Source of the DNA: Octopus vulgaris
Lineage: Eukaryota
Reading direction: 5' to 3'
DNA: 64,000 nt
NCBI GenBank assembly: GCA_951406725.2
Contig: OX597822.1
Span: 107,818,001 to 107,882,000, forward strand
Positions 53,530-64,000 of the stretch are shown in pieces (the stretch's first letter is position 1; each line of letters begins with the position of its first letter). A model generated the notes under the pieces. That model saw only the letters and a program-made list of their open reading frames with translations, searched no databases and was not told where the DNA came from. The translations under genes were made by a program, and so were the position numbers.

Positions 53530-53718
53530 GCACGTTTGTGGGAGAGTGTCAGTCAATTTCATCGACCCCTGCACTAAACTCGTTCACAATTTATCGACCC
53601 CCAAATGATGAACGGTAAAGTCAACCTCCGCGGAATTTTAACTCAAAACATAAAAAAACTTACAGGACACTGCTAAGCATTTTGTCTGGAAGCTAACAAT
53701 TCTGCCTGCTCGCCGCCC
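53530..53718 (-). mobile_element. SINE family B, diverged
   Basis: atttatcgaccccc...gctaagcattttgtc...ttctgcctgctcgccgcc. Confidence 0.8.
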
Positions 53719-54450
53719 TAGGGCTAGTTCTGATTTGCAGAGCGTACCATGAAGGACACTGCACAATTTGCGAAGCGTACTAGAAAGAACACTGAAGACT
53801 GTGATTGCCAGAGATGAGTGGTGGTTTGGAAAAATCGCTAAGGCGTAACTCAAAATGGTAAGCGGTATTTATTACAAACACTTAGTTGCTGAGTTCAAAT
53901 AAAGCTGAGTTTAAGTTTGCCTTTAGCCAACTCTAGGTTCGTTGAGTTGAATTATCATTCAGGTAGTGGGTTTATATAATCATTTGACCTATTCCCATCA
54001 ACATTTATGCTTCTGTGCTCATGTTAGAACCAATTATATTACTAAAACATCTAATTCTGTTTATATATCCAACAAATGAAGAAAGGACTACATTTTCTAG
54101 TCTCTGCTTCTATAGATGTCTTTATTCCAACATTATTTGTTCTTTGGAATAGTGAGAGAAGCAGTTTGGAAACCGACAGGAATATATTAAATTGCAAAGA
54201 ACAAAATGACGCAGCACTAAAAATATGAAAAAATTCAAACATCTATTCACAAGCAATTGCAAAATATTCAATATATTTCAGTTAAACAGAGCTATTTTAA
54301 CCCTCTGACCTGGCCAGAACCAAAATCAAGAACAAATTGTAGAAGTACTGGCTATGAAATATTATTAAATAATGTATTGCAATGATTGCATATATTTTGA
54401 AACTTTATGTGATAAAAGGATATACACTCAAAACCTCCTCTAAACTTTAG

Positions 54451-54781
<331 letters not shown>

Positions 54782-56186
54782 TGATTACCATCACATATTT
54801 TATTTTCACACACTTGCTTCCGAGAGTATTCATTTGCTTGCTTTTCTAACATGAGTTCACATTTCATTCTGACCAACATTTATAAGTGAATGTTTTGAAA
54901 TTTATCATCACCCTTATACATAAAATATTTTTATTATATAGATATACAATTATCCCGAGCTGTACTACAAACGTACACACATAGCATTTTGTAACAAAAT
55001 CCACTGAAATAACTGATTGTATTTATATAATGAATAATTTCGTACCAGACTTGTTTGCTCTTATCAAAGTTTTATTTCTTATTTTTCATATTTCCTTTGC
55101 TCTCAAAAATCGAACCTCTATACAATTTTCTAGAATGTGATATTTGATATTTAATATTACATTCTCCTTTTCATATTCTCTACATTTTAAGATTTAGACA
55201 AGCATTTATATTCTGCTTTACTTCCTCTCATCAATTTTCTATTCAATTTACTTAGAATATACAGCTCAGCTTTCTTTATTTAGTAAATAGCAATAAGACT
55301 TACATTCTATCTCATTTATGTTTCATGCTGTCTTTTTTAACATTTCTGTAATTCCACTCTCCATTCATTCAGTATTCGACTTACATATTATTGAGATCAA
55401 ATAATGTTACAGAGATCAGACAAAGAGTATATCCGAAATAGTTACTAACTGAAAATCTTTACTCGTTATTCATAATGCTTTGTTCATTCACAGGAAGTTA
55501 GTCGGCCATTGCTTAGTGTTTGGTTAGTTGTGTTTTTTTTTTTTTGTTACATTGCAATGAACTAAATATATGGAAATTAACTAATGTGTATTTAATAGGT
55601 GGTAATAGACGTAAATGTAGTGTCGGAGGTTATCGAGAGGTGAATGAGGAGAAGAAATTATCAAATAAACAAATAATAACCAAATACATCCATTAACTAA
55701 TGTTTCTTCCCCTTGGATAATTTCCAGTTCTTCCTAAATTTATTCATATATTCATTAACTTTGACTTAGGAAAAATGCCAATCAGTGGGACGGATAAACT
55801 TATATATATATATATATTTCAGTACTTCCAATTATTTTGCACCACGAAAAGCTTCACTGAGATTTGAACACAATATCATGGTATATGTAGTCAAAGTTTT
55901 GATTAGCCCACTAGTGCTCCCTTTTAAGCATTTATTTCAGAAAGCAGAGACAGATATTCAAGGCTATATAAACGGAAAGAAAAATATGTATATACTTACA
56001 TATATGTCTCCGCACTTGAAGTGTGTAAGAAAACATTACTGAGAGCAAATCAAAAGATACATTTCAATGTACGTTGCGTTACACACACACACACATATGT
56101 GTGTATATATATATATATGTTTATATATATACATACATACATTTATATTTACGCATACACATATAAATATGTTTTTATGTAGGTAT

Positions 56187-56232
<46 letters not shown>

Positions 56233-56341
56233 TTTGTATATATGTATACATATATGTATATGTATATATATAAATATATACACATGTATTGGTGTATGAT
56301 TATGTATATACATGCATGCGTTCATAAATACACACACATAT

Positions 56342-56382
<41 letters not shown>

Positions 56383-58315
56383 TATACATATATGCTTATA
56401 CATATATATATATACATACATCTATACATATATGTTTATACATATATATGTATATATATATGTATATATATACATACATCTATACATATATATCTATTTA
56501 CCTACACACCCGCATACACAAACACACACACGCACACACAGAGACACACACAGAGACACACAGACATATATATATATATAACGTGTGTGTGTGTGTCTCA
56601 GGTAACAGAAAATGAATATTTATTGAATATAAACACAAATTATTTCTACCTATAAAAGAATATATTTTCTGCTTACCCTCTCAGGGGTATAGACTTTAAT
56701 CGCATTCAAACAATATTCTCAAGTTTGCTTGTATAATTGTATAAATATGAATATTTACCAAACTGGCTATTATACACAATGATGTATAAACACGCGCACA
56801 AACACAGGTGCGCGTGGGCACACACACAAACACACACGCATTTACGCAAACAGATACAGAAATACACACGTATGTGTGTGTGTGTGTATACGCACGCATA
56901 TGCAGCTTGGACATAAATTACTGCAAAAAGTGCCAACTTTTTAAAAGGTTCATAATTTTGAAAGATTCTCCGCGAGATATTGAGCATAGTAAAAAATTGT
57001 TACCCTTTCAAATATAATTTAATCCTATTGAAACCCGTATGAAAACCATTCTTTATGCCAAACCAGAGTGACTGTCTTTCTTAGGTGTTCGAATATACCT
57101 CGAACACATTTGAAATAGTAGCAAGTTTATGTTTATACTCATCACTATCTAGAGTTGTCACACTGTGTTTTATACATAGTATTCATTCCATTTTCGGCTT
57201 ACGAAATGTTAACTAGAAAAAAACCTTTTGAAAGTGGTTACACCAGCTACAAACTATAACTATAGCAGCCTAGATTCCTGAGACACCTATAGAACTCTTA
57301 AGAGACGAAGTGAAAACTAAATAAATTAGTCCCTGACATTTAAAGTTACATCATGGTCACATATGTAAAGCTTATAATGTTAAAAGTCTTTTAAAAATCT
57401 ATAATTTATTGGATTCGTTGATCTCAACTAAACTCTTACCCTGAAATTGCTGTTTTTTTTTTGCAAAAGAAGAATAATTGTGTGAAATCCTATGCCTGAT
57501 CTATAAGCAAATTTCCGCGGTTTGCCATTAATAAATCCTAAAGCTGAGATTTAAGAAATTAAACTACATAATTTGTTTCTTATCTTTAAATAAGGTTTTG
57601 TATACCACAAACCAGGTCATATTACTTAAATAAGTTAGGGAATTATAAAAAAAATTGATAGGGTCATCAAACCAATTCACTGGCAACGAATCACAAACTA
57701 AACGCCTATATGTATTTTGTATATTAATTCGTACTTTACTGTTCATATGATTGACCACAAAAAAGCTGGTCAACAATATATCACATTTTTTTTGTCAAAT
57801 GCAATCATGTTTCTTCTATAAGTATTACGGATTAACACTTTTCTCTGCACCATATATACATACATACATGCATACATACGTACATACATACGTACATACA
57901 TACCAAGAGACCGATAGAATAAGTACTAGGTTTCTAAAGAATAAGTCTTGGGGTCGATTTGCTCGACGAAATGCGGAGCTCCAGCATGGCCGCTGTCAAA
58001 TGACTGAAACAAGTAAACGAGTATGGATGTATGTATGTATGTATGTGTATATGTACGTATGTATGCATGAATGTATGTAAATATACATGCATGTATGTAC
58101 GTGTGTGTCTTTATGCACATATATACACGAACAAGAGCACATCAGATGTCTTCACCTTCATTAGCTCTCATAAACACAGGAAAGTATATGTTCTGGTTGC
58201 AGTAGATGTATCAAGTGAAACATACACACACGTTTATACACGCAAGCACGCGCACACACACATACGCCCGCCAGATATATGTACACACACTCACACACAT
58301 GCACACACATAGAGA

Positions 58316-58355
<40 letters not shown>

Positions 58356-58406
58356 AGAATTCCAACCTTTTTATTAATATATTCTTCTATACACAATCAC
58401 TCACAC

Positions 58407-58470
<64 letters not shown>

Positions 58471-59808
58471 CCAGATAATTACAGACAGACATACATACGT
58501 ATATGCATGCAGACATACACACATGCATACATACATACATAAATACATACATACATACATACATACATACATACATGCATACATACATGCATACATGCAT
58601 ACATACATACATGCATACATACATACATACATACATACATGCGTACATACGCATAGATTGCCGCAATAACCGATAAAAATGTGCTACCCGTCCATCCATC
58701 CATCAAGTGTTCAGTAGATTATAAAACATAACTCACCATCAGAGAAAGGCTGTTGTTACTGTTTTAGGGTTGATCAATAGCCGAGTGTTTTATTTTGATG
58801 TATGAAGATTTTCAAATTTATGTAAATTCGATATTTTTGAAATATAAATATACATAGTCGGCTATCGGATATTTCCCCATAAACAGCCGTAATAATTTCC
58901 GAAAATTTCACCTATAACATATCTATTCTGAGTGAAACTTTCCGACACTGCAATTTCTTTCCAGGTTAATACTAAGGGCAATATTAACCCAAGTCTAGAT
59001 TTATTTCTCGGAAATTAACTAAAATTGGAAACGTTAAGTATTTCGTTTTCTTCAACGTCTTTGTTGATCGAAATCCACGACCTGTTGCGATATTTCCAAA
59101 CATTATTTTTTTTGTAAACAAAACTACATTACGATAGTTTATCTCTGAACAATGCCATTATACAAAATAAACATTTGAAAACTCATTTTGATCTATGTAA
59201 GCTGTAAAAGCATTGTAACATGTCATAAAGAATAACAATACTGGTTATAATAAGAAGACATGTGGGATGTTTCAAAATAATAGATTAGAGATAACAATTG
59301 ATATTATTCAGAAAACAACTTGTTTCATACCGCAATAAGCTTTGAAGATGAGCAAATGAAGTGTTTTGAATCAATCAGGATAAGAAAATAAACTATCTAG
59401 AACTATGTCGGTAATGCATGAAGAATGTATATGCTGCTGCTTTAAGAAATAACGATGCGAAGGTGGAGAGTGATCACATAGGTGAACATGTTCCTATGAA
59501 GCTTACACTAATTCAATGCAGTTCTATACGTTTATATACACTTCGTGGGATTAATTAAAATATAATATGCGGCTGATTGTTCAGAATTCCAAACACTAAC
59601 AATTGTGTGAAAAAGACAGTTTTACATAATGTTAAACTAATTATAAATGTAGATGGGGCACATAAAGAACCTGCAATGACAATTTTTTTTTTCAAATATT
59701 TGACATTCCTTATCAAGCGGTTTCAACACATAGCAGCTTTTTCTTAATGTTGGTGTGAACTTTATTTTATTATTATTTGTATTATTTGTATAATATTTGT
59801 ATTATTTG

Positions 59809-60225
59809 TAGGCGTAGGAATGGCTGTGTGGCAAGTAGCTTGCTTACCAACCACATGGTTCCGGGTTCAGCCCCACTACGTGGTACCTTGGACAAGTGTC
59901 TTCTACTATACCCTCGGGCCGGCCAAAGCCTTGTGTGTGGATTTGGCAGATGGAAACTGAAAGAAGACGGTCGTACATATGTACATATATATATATGTAT
60001 GTGTGTGTATAAGTTTGTGTGTGTTTGTTTGTCCCCCCAACATCGCTTGACAACGGATGCTGGTGTATTTACGTCCCCGTCACTTAACGGTTCGGCAAAA
60101 TAGAGCGATAGAATAAGTATTAGGCTTACAAAGAATAAGTCCTGGGGTCGATTCCTTCGACCTAAGGCGGTGCTCCAGCATAGCCACAGTCAAATGACTG
60201 AAACAAGTGAAAGAGTAAAACAGTA
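59809..60225 (+). mobile_element. tRNA-derived SINE family A, full length
   Basis: aggcgtaggaatggctgtgtgg...ccgggttcagcccc...ccttggacaagtgtcttctact...gactgaaacaagt. Confidence 0.92.
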
Positions 60226-60229
60226 AAAG

Positions 60230-60804
60230 ATTATTATTATTGAGTGAGCGAGCAGAGCATGCCATCAAAGTGACACTGGGGTAAAATATACGAAGCCCAG
60301 TATACCCATCATGACTACCCGTCTGATAAGGGTACACCAGGCACATGCATCACAACCATATGTGCGCGACATGGTAATCTCATATCAAGATAAACAGCAC
60401 ATGACCTTGCAGGTGGAGCCCAGTTAGAATCTTCTTCAGATCGAGTAACCCATCCTGCTCAAATGGTCCCTGAATAAGGGTTGTTTAAGGACGTTGAACG
60501 AAACACCCATGTTTCCAGAGGTGAATTATTCAAACCCCAAAGAATCCTTCTCAACACATGGCTATGATGCTCCCCCACTACTTCTGCTCGTGATCAGAGA
60601 TGCACATACCGTCAGCCACAAAGGGACATGCTCAACTGGTTAAGGTCAAACAACTGGCAAGCAAATCTGTGGTATTGAGCAGAATATTTGCTGTAGCCCA
60701 TCTTTTATACCAAGACAAAACAATGTACATGATAACACTTCCAATCAGTTAAGATCAGAAGCCATGAGAGCCACTGCCTGGTACTGCATCAGAGCCACTG
60801 CCTG

Positions 60805-60806
<2 letters not shown>
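60230..60806 (-). mobile_element. ~570-bp non-coding retroposon between (TAA)n tracts, probably R4/Dong-dependent
   Basis: Minus-strand 3' end ...ctcactcaataataataat; the other end abuts the (TAA)n tail of the Dong LINE and carries a 16-nt duplication; no convincing ORF. Confidence 0.55.
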
Positions 60807-60873
<67 letters not shown>

Positions 60874-60876
<3 letters not shown>

Positions 60877-62745
60877 TAGTTTTATTTTTTATAGCGTGCT
60901 TTCACTTCACTACCGAGCGCAGTTCTGTATGCCTTGAGTATGTGCTGTGATTTGTTGTGTTGCTCTGATGGTTATTGTATGGAAAGTGTTCTGCGTAGGA
61001 TGTGTGCAGTGCTTGGTACTGCAATTTTCTGTATGTTATATGTGTTTGTAAGTCCTGGTGTTTTTGTTATGTATTTGTCTGAATATTTTTTTATCATGCC
61101 TAATGCACCTGCTATGATAGGAATTGTTTCTGTTTTGGATTCCACATTCTGGTTACCTCCATTTCCAGGTCTTTTCTCCATTTCTTTTAGAGACACGTTG
61201 TCATCTGCCGGTATTGATACATCAATTAGAAAGCATTTTTTTACTTCATGATCTCTGACAACTATATCTGGTCTGTTGGCCTTAATTTCTCTATCTGTGT
61301 GTATCGGCATGTCCCAAAGTATGGTTGCTTTCTTGTTTTCAGTGACCTTTTCTGGTGTGTGCCTATACCATTTTTTTCTGTTGTTATTCCATAATGTTGG
61401 CATAGCTTCCAGTGTATGTAGGTCCCAACTCTGTCGCGTCTGTGAATATATTCCTTCTTAGCCAGGACTGGGCAGCCAGAGATAATATGATTTATTGTTT
61501 CTTGTCCATCTCCACATATTCTGAGTTACTTGTTATGCTTCTTTTCATTATATGTTTTTGGTAATATCTGGTGGGGAGGCTTTGGTCTTTTGCTGCAATT
61601 AAAAATCCCTCTGTCTCTGCTTTGTGTCCTGAGCTTCTCAACCATTGCCGGGATTTTACTTTGTCTATTTCTTTGTCTATTTAGTCCAGTATTTACCGTG
61701 AAGGGGTTTTTCTTGCCATCGTTTTATCATGGTTCTTTGCTGTTCTAGTTTTAGTTTGGATTTCATTTGTTTTATAGATTTTGTTGTTTCTTCTTCTTCT
61801 TCTTCTTCTTCTTCTTCTTCTTCTTCTTCTTCTTCTTCTTCTTCTTCTTCTTCTTCTTCTTTATATTTGTTAGGTGGTATGATTTCTTGTTTGTATTTGT
61901 CAGCTTCCTTAAATACTGAGAACAGTTTTTTGTTTTGCTCGTGTTTTGCCGCTATTTGTATCAGTTGTCCTTCCTTCTGAAGTAGATATTTTTGCAGTCC
62001 TATGGTGGTTATTTTATAGTAGTTTTCCGGCTGTATAAGGCCTCTACCACCTTCTATACGTTGTATATAGAGTCTTTCTATGTCAGATTTTGGATGATGC
62101 ATCCTAGACCCAGTCATTATTTTTCTTGTTTTCCTATCTATTTTGGTCAGTTCATTTAGTATCCAGTTAAGGATAAGGTAGCTGTAACTTATAACTGGGA
62201 CAGCTAAAGTGTTAATACCTATTATCTTGTTTTTAGCATTGAGCTCTGTTTTTAGTACTGATCTAACTCGTCTATAATATTCTTTTCTTTATTTTCTCTT
62301 TCATTTGTGTGTTTTGTGTCTTATCTAGTTCATGGATTCCTAAGTATTTGTAAGTTTGGCTTTGGTCTAATTCTTTTATTTCATTTGCTTTTATCTAGTG
62401 TGATGTTGCTACTCTTAACTAGTTTTCATCTTTGCATGGTTACTTTGGCGCATTTTTCTAATCCAAATTTCATATCTATTTCTTTGGTAAATCCATGAAC
62501 TGTCTTTAATAGTGTTTCCAGCTGTTTGTCATTTGCAGTGTATAGTTTTAGGTCATCCATGTATAAAAAGTGGCTGATCGTTTTGCCGTAACATTTATAT
62601 TCGCATCCAGTTCTATTTAGCATATCAGATACAGGTAACAGTGCCAAGCAGAAAAGGAGTGGAGAGAGCGTGTCTCCCTGGAATATTCCTCTTCTAATGG
62701 GGATGGCTTTGGTTTTCATGAGTCCCTCTTTCATGAGTCCCTCTT
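60874..62745 (-). mobile_element. 5'-truncated R4/Dong-clade LINE inserted in (TAA)n
   Basis: RRGIFQGDTLSPLLF and HFLYMDDLKLY (RT), RLYIQRIEGGRGL, RICGDGQETINHIISGC (CCHC knuckle), ANRPDIV..IDVSIP (RLE), short 3' UTR and (TAA)n tail at 60807-60873; several frameshifts. Confidence 0.95.
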
Positions 62746-62809
62746 ATTTTTTTTATTATTAATATTATTATTATTATTATCATCATCATCATCATCATTA
62801 TTATTATGA

Positions 62810-62871
<62 letters not shown>

Positions 62872-62908
62872 AATATTATTTCATGATTCCCTCTTTCATG
62901 AGTCCCTC

Positions 62909-62951
<43 letters not shown>

Positions 62952-62977
62952 CATCATTATTATTATTATTATTATTA

Positions 62978-63024
<47 letters not shown>

Positions 63025-63142
63025 ATTAATATTATTATTATTATCATCATCATTATCATTATTATTATCATTATTATTATCAATATTATTAATATTATTA
63101 TTATTATTATTATTATCATCATCATTATTATTATTATTATTA

Positions 63143-63203
<61 letters not shown>

Positions 63204-63212
63204 CATTATCAT
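62746..63212. repeat. Long (TAT/CAT)n trinucleotide array
   Basis: Seen directly; contains a displaced copy of the LINE 5' junction at 62879-62910. Confidence 0.95.
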
Positions 63213-63976
63213 TGGAAGAAGATGCTTGGAAGAATAATGATATTTATTCAAGACAAAATTACACGTGAGCGTAGTCATCTTGACTCTTTCTAAATGGTGA
63301 CGTTCTGTCATTCTGAAAAAGCGTGGAAACGTTGAAGGAGGGTAGAATTTGCTGCTAGTTACTGTGAAAGTGAACACTACGGATGGGATGGAACACGGAT
63401 GGGATGGAACAATATTCCAACATTTATTAGAAATAACTTTGTTAATGCAGTTACAAGAATTATGATATGAACAATTTATTATTCAAAGCATTGTGGTTTT
63501 AGATAAAAACCCAAGATATTCTAATGTATTTCCGCATCAATTTGCTGAAAATTAAGTGATGTTTTCGCTCTCAAAGCACGCAAGTGGAATCCCCCATCGG
63601 CACAACAGTATTATCAAGTTTCATGACGGCTTTTGCAAGGAGAGATGTCAATCATGCTATCAGGGTAGCTGATAAGAAAGATGTGCTCAAATTAAAAGAG
63701 TTCGGGCAGTGAGAAAATATCAGAAATGCGATCAATGATGCTGGACTCCCTTGCGGTTAGATAAAGAAATGAACAATGCAATTTTGCTGGAACAATTTAA
63801 TAATCCAAAATTTAAAACCAAAATTTATAGGTTTTGAGGCTGCCATTCCAGATCACACAGAGGATCTTGATCCGCTTAGCAGTCAGCTTGAGATGCAAGT
63901 CATTCCTGAAGGTGTAAATGAACAAATTGCATCTAATCAGGGTTCAGGAACAATGAAACAAATAGACAGGGAATAA
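63212..63976 (+). pseudogene. Decayed pogo/Tigger (DDE_1, CENP-B-like) transposase
   Basis: WKKML..., then F..FIRNNFVNAV and FKALWFLDKNP (cf. WM..IF..WF...FV...KALL.LDNAPGH), then IRNAINDA and MQFCWNNL (cf. I..CW.KL). Confidence 0.7.
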
Positions 63977-64000
63977 GAAAACACAGAAACGAAAGAATAC

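Noticed and set aside
62694-63377. 227-aa poly-Ile ORF
   Set aside because: Translation of the (ATA/ATG)n microsatellite.

Overview
Very AT-rich, repeat-dominated eukaryotic DNA with no supportable host-gene exon. The SINE families, the (TA)n/(TACA)n/trinucleotide load and the retroelement mix look like an octopus/cephalopod genome (inference). Bases 1-8950 are a complex satellite: palindromic GAAAATTTTC A/T-tract units, a 32-bp minisatellite in both orientations and ~3-kb higher-order blocks that each carry a Penelope-like element (PLE) 3' end with a degenerate hammerhead motif. Bases 30.2-36.6 kb are a PLE hotspot in (TA)n, centred on a near-intact Neptune-type PLE (RT + zinc finger + GIY-YIG) with a ~1.48-kb inverted copy of its own 3' part. 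Its RT frame has no start codon for ~190 codons and overlaps an upstream ORF exactly at an in-frame U-UUU-UUA slippery site, a candidate programmed -1 frameshift. At least five hammerhead-like motifs outside the satellite mark PLE ends, one of them canonical and in the loop of a small foldback element. The rest is SINEs, an R4/Dong LINE in (TAA)n, decayed RTE/L2/RLE LINEs, mariner/Tc1/Tigger relics, a possible Helitron relic and microsatellites. Most short ORFs in the supplied track are repeat artefacts. All coordinates were read by eye and are approximate for decayed elements.
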